This document shows, piece after piece, positions 28,476 to 37,169 of a stretch of DNA of 64,000 bases. Source of the stretch: an uncultured Candidatus Saccharibacteria bacterium (GTDB taxonomy: Bacteria; Patescibacteriota; WWE3; 2-01-FULL-39-13); the NCBI GenBank assembly GCA_964510925.1, contig CAZEDS010000003.1, forward strand, positions 19,281-83,280. The letters run 5' to 3'. The translations under genes and the position numbers were made by a program. The stretch's first letter is position 1. Each line of letters starts with the position of its first letter. The notes beneath the pieces are model-generated. The model made no database searches and was not told where the DNA came from. It saw nothing but the letters and a program-made list of their open reading frames with translations.

Positions 28476-29207
28476 ATGAGCTTTTTAGATTCCTTTGAAC
28501 ACGCAGCAAACGGAGAAATTGATTTTTTAAAACATCAATTAGGACAATCTCATGAAAATTACAGATTAGAAGTAGTCCAAACCAACAAACTAGGTCCCGT
28601 AGTAGTTAGACAAGATAGTGAGGATCTTCAAGAATTATCAAAAAACCTATCTCCCAATTTACACCAATTACCTGAATATTTTTTAGATAAACTACAGGGC
28701 TCAGATGAAACTATTCGAGTCTTAGATATAAATTCTGGAATCGGATTACCAATGCTACATTTTGGCCAACAGCTTCAAGCACAAGGTTTGAACCCTAAAA
28801 TTATTGGATTTGAAGGTGACCTAGAAAAATCATTATTATCTCGACTTAATTGCCAACGAATCCCACATGAAATATTTCATGGAACTGTTGGCACAAAATT
28901 TGCAACGATTAAAACAGAAACACCTAATTACGATCTAACTACAATAAAAAAGGTTCACTTTGGAGATAAACCTATACATGTTTTAAATCTTGATCTGGCT
29001 ACAAATCCAGATTTTATTAATTGGCAGTCTGGTTGGCTAAAAAATATAGGTATCCTTTATATATCAACACCGTTACTACAAAAAAGTGATTCAATTTCAT
29101 TTGATGGACTTTTAAGTTTTTTTGGCTTTGTAAAAGATGATCACTATAGCGCTAAACAAAATCCAAATAAGTTATATGTAAATCGACTATTCCTAGAGAT
29201 GGAATAA
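28476..29207 (+). CDS. hypothetical protein, possible SAM-dependent methyltransferase fold
   Basis: Weak motif I-like VLDINSGIG; otherwise unassigned. Confidence 0.35.
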   Translation: MSFLDSFEHAANGEIDFLKHQLGQSHENYRLEVVQTNKLGPVVVRQDSEDLQELSKNLSPNLHQLPEYFLDKLQGSDETIRVLDINSGIGLPMLHFGQQLQAQGLNPKIIGFEGDLEKSLLSRLNCQRIPHEIFHGTVGTKFATIKTETPNYDLTTIKKVHFGDKPIHVLNLDLATNPDFINWQSGWLKNIGILYISTPLLQKSDSISFDGLLSFFGFVKDDHYSAKQNPNKLYVNRLFLEME

Positions 29208-29246
29208 AGTTTTTACACCAACGATAATTACTGAGATAATAAAAAT

Positions 29247-30098
29247 ATGTACAAGCTAATTGATTCTGGAAACCTCAAAAAACTTGAAAAATTTGGTGAT
29301 CTTGTAATCTGCAGACCATCAACCTTTGCAGTTTGGGAAACAGATAGATTACTTCAAAATACTTGGAGCAATGCAGATATTACATTTGAGAGAAAAACAG
29401 ATAAAGAGGGAACATGGATCACAAAAGCCAACAAACAACTTGAACCATTCCAAATTAAATTTGATGATATTAAGTTCGAACTAAGATTCACATCTTTTGG
29501 GCATTTAGGATTATTTCCAGAACAAATTGTTGAATGGTTATGGATAAAAGATCAAATAAAAAGGATCAAAGCAGAAAATTCACAAAATAAAGTTCGAGTA
29601 TTGAATTTATTTGCTTATACTGGCGGCTCAACACTTGCATGCATTCAAGCTGAAGCAGATGAAGTCGTCCACGTTGACTCATCAAAAACAGTTGTTGAAT
29701 GGGCAAAGCACAATAGCAAACTTAATGGATACGATCAAAAAACAATCAGATATATAGTTGAAGATGCTAGCAAATTTGTAGAGCGTGAAATAAAACGTGG
29801 CTCAGTTTATGACGGAATCATTTTGGATCCTCCTACTTATGGACGAGGTGTCAAAAATGAAATATTCAAAATTGAATCTGATATTTTGCCATTACTAGAA
29901 AACTGTAAGAATTTATTAAAACCACACTTTTTTATAAACCTAACAGCTCATACACCTGGTTTCACTCAATACACATTATTTAATCAGCTTAAATCAATTT
30001 TAAAACAGGGTACAAATATTGAAGCTGGTGAAATGCTAATCAACAGCGAAAACAACAAACCAATGCCAAGTGGTTTCTATGCTAGGGCAACGAACTAA
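29247..30098 (+). CDS. class I SAM-dependent rRNA methyltransferase (RlmI/YccW-like, without PUA domain)
   Basis: VLNLFAYTGGSTLA, HVDSSK, IILDPPTYGRG motifs. Confidence 0.65.
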   Translation: MYKLIDSGNLKKLEKFGDLVICRPSTFAVWETDRLLQNTWSNADITFERKTDKEGTWITKANKQLEPFQIKFDDIKFELRFTSFGHLGLFPEQIVEWLWIKDQIKRIKAENSQNKVRVLNLFAYTGGSTLACIQAEADEVVHVDSSKTVVEWAKHNSKLNGYDQKTIRYIVEDASKFVEREIKRGSVYDGIILDPPTYGRGVKNEIFKIESDILPLLENCKNLLKPHFFINLTAHTPGFTQYTLFNQLKSILKQGTNIEAGEMLINSENNKPMPSGFYARATN

Positions 30099-30106
30099 TT
30101 CTGCTA

Positions 30107-30475
30107 TTACTTTAAAAAAGTTCCAACCAAAAATATTACAGATGCAGTAATAAACATAGGAACGATATATTCCTCAAAATTTAAAAAGTCCATTGAACCT
30201 TTATATAAGAATTTATAAATAATAAATTGGAATACAAAATTGAAAATCATCGAAACGGCCATCACAGAAAATACTGACAAAGATCTAGTGTCATTGACCT
30301 TAAAATAAGTGTAAAACAGCAAAAAATTTACCAAAAGGATTACTAAATAATCTATTGATAAAAATACAGGCTTTGTAAATTTATTTGTGAAATAAAAGAA
30401 TACAAAATTAGTAAAGAAAAAAGAAAGAAATGTATGCAAACCCACAACGAGTACTTCGCTTATCACTGAAAACAT
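30107..30475 (-). CDS. hypothetical small membrane protein
   Basis: Hydrophobic ORF only. Confidence 0.25.
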   Translation of the reverse strand: MFSVISEVLVVGLHTFLSFFFTNFVFFYFTNKFTKPVFLSIDYLVILLVNFLLFYTYFKVNDTRSLSVFSVMAVSMIFNFVFQFIIYKFLYKGSMDFLNFEEYIVPMFITASVIFLVGTFLK

Positions 30476-30505
30476 ATTATTTAGTTTAACAAATTAATAG
30501 TTGCT

Positions 30506-30844
30506 TTAGTTTTTTTCTTTGGTCTTATCCTCTTTTGCATCATCAGAATGTTCATCATGACTATGACCGTGACCACAACCACAGCTATTATTTCCACATG
30601 CACATGTATGCTCGTCCATTTCTTCAAAATCTACATCATCAACAAGCGATACTACTTCTGGATTTTGGTCTTCATCATATACATAATCCAAATCAGAATC
30701 CTCGGTTAAAGTTTTATTGTGTGAACCATCACAAAGTCCAAATTCATTCTTTGAAAGTCCACAGGCACAAATGCTTATGGAACTACCATCATCAAGTTTA
30801 TAAACATGTGGTTTATGGGCGGTTCTTCTTACAAATCTTGGCAT
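30506..30844 (-). CDS. CDGSH-type iron-sulfur domain protein with acidic and Cys/His-rich tail
   Basis: CACGLSKNEFGLCDGSH matches CDGSH [2Fe-2S] motif; C-terminal CACGNNSCGCGHGHSHDEH. Confidence 0.65.
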   Translation of the reverse strand: MPRFVRRTAHKPHVYKLDDGSSISICACGLSKNEFGLCDGSHNKTLTEDSDLDYVYDEDQNPEVVSLVDDVDFEEMDEHTCACGNNSCGCGHGHSHDEHSDDAKEDKTKEKN

Positions 30845-30902
30845 AAATATTTTTAAAATTAATTAATCATAGTTATTATAGGTGATTTTCCCGATTTAGA
30901 AA

Positions 30903-32333
30903 ATGTGCTCTAATGTTTATATGCATTTATCTCCACTTAAAATAAAAAAAATACCAAATCCACCTACGTCGATATTTAAAATGATAGGTCCAAGCATAAT
31001 CTTTGTAGGATTGGCACTTGGAAGCGGCGAATTGATAATGTGGCCATATTTGGTGTCTCACTATGGATTGGGAATTATTTGGGGTGCATTAATTGGTATC
31101 ACAATGCAATTTTTCTTAAACACTGAAATCTTGCGATATACATTGGCAAACGGGGAAAGTATTTTTGTTGGTTTTGCTCGAATTTTTAAGAAAATACCAA
31201 TTTGGTTTGTTGTTTCAACAATCGTTGCCTGGTCATGGCCTGGATTTGCTTCTTCATCTGCAGAGCTTTTAACTTTTTTTGGTATTGAAAATGCAAATTT
31301 AATTTCAATGTTAATGCTTTTGCTAATAGGAATAATTTTAACTTCCGGCAAAAATGTATATAAAACAGTTGAAAATATAGAAAAAGTCCTCGTCGTTGTC
31401 GGTATTAGCTCAATATTTTTAATTGCATTTTACGTTGTGGATGCACAGGCTGTTAAAAGTTTATTATTAGGATTGATTGGAATAGGGGAAGGTTATTTTA
31501 TATTGCCTTTTGCTGATGAAAATTTCCCTTACGCAAGTTTTTTAGCAGCTTTAGCATACGCAGGTGCAGGTGGAAATTTACTTTTAGCTCAATCCTTTTA
31601 TGTAAAAGAAAAAGGCTATGGTATGGGAGTTTTTTCATCAAAGATTAGCAACCTTTTAGACGGAAAAGACCAAAAACTTTCAATCGAAGGTGCAACTTTT
31701 AAACCTATCGATACTGAGCTCTCAAAATTTAACAAATGGTGGAATTTTGCATATAAAGAGCATTTAATAGTATTTTGGGGCTTAGGGTTACTTACGATGC
31801 TCTTGTTGGCGTTAATATCTTATTCAACAGCTTTCAGCAATACTTCAATAAAATCTTCTGGAATCGGATTTTTATTTGAACAAGCCAATATCATAAATTC
31901 AACCATACATCCGTTGCTAGGTTCATTTTTACTGTTAATAACTGCATTGATGCTTTTTTCGACACAACTGACTGTAATCGACGCTGCAGGGCGAATTATC
32001 GCAGAAAACATTGCCATCTTAGGAAAAAGCTTTTTACAAGCATCGGATTTAGCCAAATATTATTTTGTTTCAGTTTGGTCAATCATTACCTTTGGAATCG
32101 GAACTTTAATGTTAGGCTTTGATCAACCTTATACTTTGCTTATTGTCGGAGCAATCATTAACGCGGTTTGTATGTTTGTGTTCTCTGGAATCCTTATTAA
32201 AACCAACGTTAAGCTTTTACATAACGAATTGCACCCACATCCTTACAAAAGGCTTATTATATATGGAATTTTTGGGTTATTGGGTCTTTTCTGTACGTTT
32301 GTTATTGGGGATGCGATATTAAAAGGGTTTTGA
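30903..32333 (+). CDS. Nramp-related membrane transporter with non-canonical metal-site motif (possible NRMT-like)
   Basis: GPSIIFVGLALGSGELIMWPYLVSHYGLGIIWGALIGITMQ...RYTLANG follows the Nramp TM1 pattern but DPGN is replaced by GSGE; 11-12 TM helices. Confidence 0.45.
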   Translation: MCSNVYMHLSPLKIKKIPNPPTSIFKMIGPSIIFVGLALGSGELIMWPYLVSHYGLGIIWGALIGITMQFFLNTEILRYTLANGESIFVGFARIFKKIPIWFVVSTIVAWSWPGFASSSAELLTFFGIENANLISMLMLLLIGIILTSGKNVYKTVENIEKVLVVVGISSIFLIAFYVVDAQAVKSLLLGLIGIGEGYFILPFADENFPYASFLAALAYAGAGGNLLLAQSFYVKEKGYGMGVFSSKISNLLDGKDQKLSIEGATFKPIDTELSKFNKWWNFAYKEHLIVFWGLGLLTMLLLALISYSTAFSNTSIKSSGIGFLFEQANIINSTIHPLLGSFLLLITALMLFSTQLTVIDAAGRIIAENIAILGKSFLQASDLAKYYFVSVWSIITFGIGTLMLGFDQPYTLLIVGAIINAVCMFVFSGILIKTNVKLLHNELHPHPYKRLIIYGIFGLLGLFCTFVIGDAILKGF

Positions 32334-32344
32334 CAAGAAACAGA

Positions 32345-32376
32345 AAAAACGGGTCAAGAACGGGTCTGACCCGTTT
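32345..32376 (+). terminator. hairpin terminator AAACGGG-TCTGA-CCCGTTTT (GGTCTGACC-core family) after the transporter gene
   Basis: GC stem plus T-run; same element recurs at 32461-32480, 33926-33943, 34069-34092. Confidence 0.5.
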
Positions 32377-32460
32377 TATTAAATCTTAATGTTTGTGTTA
32401 GCTCTTAAAAAGCTAAATTGCAAAGAACCGAGTTAGATATTAGAATATTACAAGTTCATA

Positions 32461-32480
32461 AAACGGGTCAGACCCGTTTT
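32461..32480. repeat. GGTCAGACC-core palindromic hairpin immediately upstream of tRNA-Gly(GCC)
   Basis: AAACGGGTCAGACCCGTTTT. Confidence 0.55.
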
Positions 32481-32487
32481 TAGATAC

Positions 32488-32562
32488 GCGGGTGTCGTAT
32501 AATGGTTATTATGTTTCCTTGCCAAGGAAACGAAACGGGTTCGAATCCCGTCACCCGCTCCA
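32488..32562 (+). tRNA. tRNA-Gly (anticodon GCC)
   Basis: Hand-folded: acceptor GCGGGTG/CACCCGC, anticodon stem TTTCC/GGAAA with loop TTGCCAA, T-arm ACGGG-TTCGAAT-CCCGT, CCA encoded. Confidence 0.8.
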
Positions 32563-32629
32563 AATATTTGAACTAAATTTCCCTAAATAGTAAACTAGCT
32601 CCAATATATATTTATTGGAGGATTTCATT

Positions 32630-33010
32630 ATGTCAAAGTATATTGATGGCTTTGTGATAGTAATTCCAAAAGATAAAAAAGACGAATACAAAAAAATGGC
32701 AGAAGAAGGCAAAAACTCGTGGATGAAACATGGTGCGCTTGAATATTATGAGTGTAGAGGCGAAGATATGAAACCTCAAGAAATGGGTGATCAAAAAACA
32801 CGCAGTTTCCCAGAAATGACAGGTGCAAATGAAAATGAAGAAGTTTGGTTCTCCTTTATTGTTTTTAAATCTAAAGAACATAGAGACGAAGTTAATGCCA
32901 AAGTTATGGCAGAAATGAGTGAATTAATGTCAGACCAAAATGAGATGCAAATGCCATTTGATATGCATAAAATGGCTTATGGTGGTTTTCAATCAGAAAT
33001 TGAAAGTTAA
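32630..33010 (+). CDS. DUF1428-family protein (start at ATG 32630, 8 nt after GGAGG)
   Basis: MSKYIDGFVIVIPKDKK...WMKHGALEYYEC...SKEHRDEVNAKVMAE matches DUF1428 pattern. Confidence 0.6.
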   Translation: MSKYIDGFVIVIPKDKKDEYKKMAEEGKNSWMKHGALEYYECRGEDMKPQEMGDQKTRSFPEMTGANENEEVWFSFIVFKSKEHRDEVNAKVMAEMSELMSDQNEMQMPFDMHKMAYGGFQSEIES

Positions 33011-33031
33011 TGAATATAATAAATTATTAAT

Positions 33032-33934
33032 ATGGATTTTACTGTTTTACTTTTTTATAAATATACACAAATCAATGACCCCGAAAAATTAATGCTAGAG
33101 CAAAAAGAGCTCTGTGCTAAATTGGGCATGAAGGGCAGAATGATAATTGCAAACGAAGGCGTAAATGCAACTTTCGAAGGAACTTCTGAAAACATTGATC
33201 AATATATAACTGAAATTAAAAAAGACTCAAGATTTGTTGATATACATTTCAAAAAAAGCGAAGGAACAGGGGAGTCATTTCCAAAATTATCTATAAAAGT
33301 CAGGCCAGAAATTGTTAGCGCTCACTTAAAAAATGAGGATTTTAATCCTAATCACACAACCGGAAAATACTTAAAACCTGAAGAACTTCACGAAATGTTT
33401 GAAAAAGGTGAGGAATTTTATATTGTCGATATGCGAAATGGTTACGAACAAAAATCAGGTTATTTTAAAGGCTCAATAAATTCAGAATTTGAAAATTTTA
33501 GAGATCTTCCAACAATTAAAAAAAAATTAGCTGACTTAAAAGACAAAAAAATAGTCACAGTTTGCACTGGCGGAATCCGTTGCGAAAAAGCTTCTGGCTA
33601 CCTAGTAAATGAAGGCTTTTCGAATGTTTACCAACTACAAGGAGGAATTCACACTTATATGGAGCAATATCCTGGCGAAAACTGGCTTGGCAAACTCTAT
33701 GTTTTTGATAAAAGAATTTTAATCGACTTTACAAAAGGCACAGATAAAAAGCATGAGATTGTCGGCAGGTGTACTGTTTGCGATGGATTAACTGAAAACT
33801 ATATTGATTGTGCAAGGCCTGAATGCCACAAACACCAGCTAGTTTGTCTTGATTGTATTGAAAAATTTGGCGGAAAAACTTTTTGTTCTGAAGAATGCAT
33901 GAAAATTGCTGCCAATCAACCAAAACAGGTCTGA
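33032..33934 (+). CDS. trhO: rhodanese-domain tRNA uridine(34) hydroxylase TrhO (UPF0176/YceA family)
   Basis: Rhodanese active-site loop KIVTVCTGGIRCEKASGYL; C-terminal Cys-rich CTVCDG...CARPEC...C..C. Confidence 0.75.
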   Translation: MDFTVLLFYKYTQINDPEKLMLEQKELCAKLGMKGRMIIANEGVNATFEGTSENIDQYITEIKKDSRFVDIHFKKSEGTGESFPKLSIKVRPEIVSAHLKNEDFNPNHTTGKYLKPEELHEMFEKGEEFYIVDMRNGYEQKSGYFKGSINSEFENFRDLPTIKKKLADLKDKKIVTVCTGGIRCEKASGYLVNEGFSNVYQLQGGIHTYMEQYPGENWLGKLYVFDKRILIDFTKGTDKKHEIVGRCTVCDGLTENYIDCARPECHKHQLVCLDCIEKFGGKTFCSEECMKIAANQPKQV

Positions 33935-33943
33935 CCCGATTTA
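33926..33943. repeat. GGTCTGACC-core hairpin containing the trhO stop codon
   Basis: ACAGGTCTGACCCGATTT; TGA stop lies in the loop. Confidence 0.45.
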
Positions 33944-34068
33944 TTAAATGTTAATCAGCATAAATTTATAAGCCAGTTAACACTACTTAAGCCTGTACCT
34001 GAAATTTCAACAAAATAAACAAATTGATTAATACCCAATTAATTCGTAGAATATAGTCTGTTAATTAA

Positions 34069-34092
34069 ACGGGTCAGACCCGTTTGTTTAAA
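34069..34092. repeat. GGTCAGACC-core palindromic hairpin immediately upstream of tRNA-Gly(TCC)
   Basis: TAAACGGGTCAGACCCGTTTGTTT. Confidence 0.55.
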
Positions 34093-34094
34093 TC

Positions 34095-34169
34095 GCGGGT
34101 ATCGTATAGTGGCTATTATGTCACCCTTCCAAGGTGAAGATGTGGGTTCGACTCCCACTACCCGCTCCA
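34095..34169 (+). tRNA. tRNA-Gly (anticodon TCC)
   Basis: Hand-folded: acceptor GCGGGTA/TACCCGC, anticodon stem TCACC/GGTGA with loop CTTCCAA, T-arm GTGGG-TTCGACT-CCCAC, CCA encoded. Confidence 0.8.
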
Positions 34170-34285
34170 CAAAACATTTCACCTAAAAATCCTAAATTCA
34201 AAATATTCCAATTAGCCTTTATTCTAGCGACTTTAAATCTCTACTCTTATTTGATCCTAATAATTAATTGAACTATAGTGGTTGT

Positions 34286-34900
34286 ATGATTTACAAATAC
34301 GAACTTCCAAAACTAAATTATGCATATGATGCACTTGAACCATTTATCGATGCGAAAACGATGGAGATACATCACGCCAAACATCATCAAGCTTATATTG
34401 ACAAGCTCAATGCTGCTTTAGAAACTCAACCAGAAACCGCAAAAATTTCACTTGAAGAATTATTAAATGACTTAAACATGGTTCCAGAAAGTATTCGTTC
34501 GGCAGTTCAAAATCATGGTGGAGGCCATTTTAACCATTCATTTTTTTGGAATTTAATGTCTCCAAATCCAACAAAAGAACCAACCGAAAAACTTCAAACA
34601 AAACTCGACGAAACATTTGGTTCAATGGACAATTTTAAAACAGAATTCAAAAACGCAGCCTTAAACCGATTTGGAAGTGGCTGGACATGGCTCGTTATGA
34701 CTAATAATCAAGAATTAAAAATTATTTCGACAGCAAATCAAGATACTCCATTAGCTTTGGGACAAACTCCTCTATTGGGAATTGATGTTTGGGAACATGC
34801 CTATTATTTAAAATTCCAAAATAAACGTGGCGACTATATCGATAGCTGGTGGAATGTGTTGAATTGGGCTGTGGTTGACAGGAACTTCACTCAAAAATAA
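34286..34900 (+). CDS. sodA: Fe/Mn superoxide dismutase (start ambiguous, 34268 or 34286)
   Basis: YELPKLNYAYDALEPFIDAKTMEIHHAKHHQAYIDKLN, DVWEHAYY. Confidence 0.9.
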   Translation: MIYKYELPKLNYAYDALEPFIDAKTMEIHHAKHHQAYIDKLNAALETQPETAKISLEELLNDLNMVPESIRSAVQNHGGGHFNHSFFWNLMSPNPTKEPTEKLQTKLDETFGSMDNFKTEFKNAALNRFGSGWTWLVMTNNQELKIISTANQDTPLALGQTPLLGIDVWEHAYYLKFQNKRGDYIDSWWNVLNWAVVDRNFTQK

Positions 34901-34984
34901 TTACTTAGGTTCAAATAAGTAATACTTGCCATATAAATACTTGTGTGGCATACTTTCCGGTTTTATTAGTTAGTTTTAAAACAT

Positions 34985-35605
34985 ATGGAAAACCTTAGTG
35001 ATGATCAACAACTAATTTCAAGGAGACAATTGTTAAAAGGACTTGGAGCCATTGGCGCCGCAACAGCGATTACTACATTGCTACCGCGTGAAGCTTTAGC
35101 CTTATCAAGTAACAACGTTAATCTTGAACCTACCGCAGCAGATTTACAAATAATGGAAAAAAGAACAGCTGAATTATTACCTGCAGAAATAGTTCAATCA
35201 AAGATTGGCGAGCCTACGTGGATGGGTAGAGGTGCATGGGCAGGGAATTTTGCAAACAGAACATATGCTTATGAGAATTTTGCCCCCAATTTATTAGCTT
35301 CTTATATGCGGTCACATAGTTACTGTGCAATATCTCCAATCATTGTTCCTGCAATAAAAGATGGAATGGATCAAATTTTTTGGGAAACCGTGGGTAATAA
35401 ACAAACCCAAGAATTGAATAGTAATGATGCTTTAAATTTATATTGGGCATATGCAAGAAATAAAAAACTTTCAAATTTAGCCACAAGTTTAATTGGATTA
35501 GAGGTTATCTTTGAAGGGTGGGGAGTAACTAGAGCAATGATAAATGCTGATGTTTTAGCACTTAGGCATACGCAATTCATGAAGGTTATATCCCAAAAGA
35601 ATTAA
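34985..35605 (+). CDS. Tat-signal secreted hypothetical protein; possible frameshifted gene continuing to 35805
   Basis: Twin-arginine motif SRRQLLKGLGAIGAATA; the +1 frame stays open (no start codon) from 35566 to 35805. Confidence 0.45.
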   Translation: MENLSDDQQLISRRQLLKGLGAIGAATAITTLLPREALALSSNNVNLEPTAADLQIMEKRTAELLPAEIVQSKIGEPTWMGRGAWAGNFANRTYAYENFAPNLLASYMRSHSYCAISPIIVPAIKDGMDQIFWETVGNKQTQELNSNDALNLYWAYARNKKLSNLATSLIGLEVIFEGWGVTRAMINADVLALRHTQFMKVISQKN

Positions 35606-35814
35606 TTAACCCACAACTTCCAAAAAATGAAAGACCGTCCACTAATTTTGTTACAGACATCGATCCATACGAATTCACTTCAATGAAAAGAGCCGCAGTT
35701 GCTTATAATGGAACACATTCTGATTCATCAATTGATATTAATAATGTTGGAATACATATACCACATACAGAAAAGTGGGATCAAATTGCATCACTTACAT
35801 TTTAATTGAGCTTT

Positions 35815-36537
35815 TTATTTCTCCACAATCTCCACACCCAAGATCTTGACTGGGCTAACAGGTGATGAACCTTCACCAGATTGTTTTGTTTCAGCTGTAG
35901 CTATTTTATCTACGATATCTAAACCTTTTGTAGCTTGTCCGAAAATTGTGTAATTTTTTGGCAAAGCATAGTCAGCATGCATTATAAAAAATTGGCTTCC
36001 ATTTGTATTTGGACCCGCATTTGCCATTGCAATAGTGCCTCGTTTGTATTCGCCTGAAAATTTTTCATCAGCAAATTTATAGTTTGGACCACCAGTTCCT
36101 GTACCCAAAGGATCTCCACCTTGAATCATGAAACCGTCGATTACACGATGAAAAATCACATCATTATAAAAACCAATTCGAGCTAAATATACGAAATTAT
36201 TAACAGTTGCAGGAGTTTCAGATGCATTTAGATCTAATCCTATATCTCCAACACTAGTTTTTATAACTGCTGTATATTTTTTTGATTGATCAATAAGCAT
36301 CTCTGGTTTTGTTACAGCTAATTTTTCGTCGACAGTCATGGTTTTTCCTTTAGTAGAAGTATCTGCCTTAATCGTTGGTTTTGGAGTAGGGGTTACACTA
36401 ACATTTGCCTTTGGTGGAAGTGGTTTTTGATCTTCCTTACTAAAAACAAAATATGAAACTACTACAACAATAAGAACTAAAACAGATCCTATAATTAAAT
36501 AATTTTTTTGCTCACTTGTTGGCAAGTTTTCTTCCAT
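35815..36537 (-). CDS. membrane-anchored cyclophilin-type peptidyl-prolyl cis-trans isomerase
   Basis: HRVIDGFMIQGGDP, GTIAMANAGPNTNGSQFFI. Confidence 0.85.
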   Translation of the reverse strand: MEENLPTSEQKNYLIIGSVLVLIVVVVSYFVFSKEDQKPLPPKANVSVTPTPKPTIKADTSTKGKTMTVDEKLAVTKPEMLIDQSKKYTAVIKTSVGDIGLDLNASETPATVNNFVYLARIGFYNDVIFHRVIDGFMIQGGDPLGTGTGGPNYKFADEKFSGEYKRGTIAMANAGPNTNGSQFFIMHADYALPKNYTIFGQATKGLDIVDKIATAETKQSGEGSSPVSPVKILGVEIVEK

Positions 36538-36645
36538 AAAAACGATACTATATTGAATGGATTTAAATGTCTATTACCTAATAGTTATAAATTAAATGAG
36601 AAATCAAAATCCAAAAATGCTAGAATATTCTAACTTGATTAATCA

Positions 36646-36722
36646 GGGCGATTAGCTCAGCTGGTTAGAGCATTCGGCTTACATCCGAAAGGTCAAAGGT
36701 TCGAATCCTTTATCGCCCACCA
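36646..36722 (+). tRNA. tRNA-Val (anticodon TAC)
   Basis: Hand-folded: acceptor GGGCGAT/ATCGCCC, anticodon stem TTCGG/CCGAA with loop CTTACAT, CCA encoded. Confidence 0.8.
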
Positions 36723-36842
36723 ATTTCTATCAAAACTCCAACAATATAATCATTCCAAATAACTAAACTCAAATGCTATAATTCTGCTAGTTGCTCAGCG
36801 AGAAGGTTTGCTTAACGCACCAACTCGAAAAACTAAAAGTAA

Positions 36843-36927
36843 GCCGAGGTGGTGGAACTGGCAGACACGCAGTCTTGAGGGGGCTGTACCGCAAGGTGTG
36901 GAGGTTCAAGTCCTCTTCTCGGCACCA
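36843..36927 (+). tRNA. tRNA-Leu (anticodon GAG), long variable arm
   Basis: Hand-folded: acceptor GCCGAGG, anticodon stem CAGTC/GGCTG with loop TTGAGGG, T-arm GGAGG-TTCAAGT-CCTCT, CCA encoded. Confidence 0.8.
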
Positions 36928-36930
36928 ATT

Positions 36931-37101
36931 TGTTATGAACGCAGTGAATTAGAAATTGGGGTACTCGTAGGGTGCACCAAATACTTAGGAGCGTAGCGAG
37001 TTAGTATTTGGGGTGTCACGTAGTGACCACCAAGTTCATTTTTGAACAAAGTGAAAATTAGATTCTGGAGTACCCGCAGGGTGCACCAAATACTTAGGAG
37101 C
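36931..37101 (+). repeat. tRNA-Leu-associated composite repeat block (a1 36935-36992, b 36993-37033, a2 37042-37101)
   Basis: a-units end in GGGTGCACCA-AATACTTAGGAGC (pseudo tRNA 3' end + the same trailer that follows real tRNA-Leu(TAA)); b-unit ATTTGGGGTGTCACGTAGTGACCACCAA. Confidence 0.65.
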
Positions 37102-37169
37102 AAATTAAGATTATCGAGGTGGCTTGCGTTTACGCGCCGACTCGGACAAAAACAAAAGAATAAAAATAG

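Noticed and set aside
30535-30846. His-rich 103-aa ORF on plus strand
   Set aside because: Antisense shadow of the CDGSH gene; His-richness is an artefact of the GTG/ATG-rich complement of the Cys/His codons.
36931-37101. CRISPR array interpretation of the tRNA-Leu-associated repeats
   Set aside because: Units are heterogeneous (a- and b-types), not evenly spaced and not separated by unique spacers of constant length; no cas genes.
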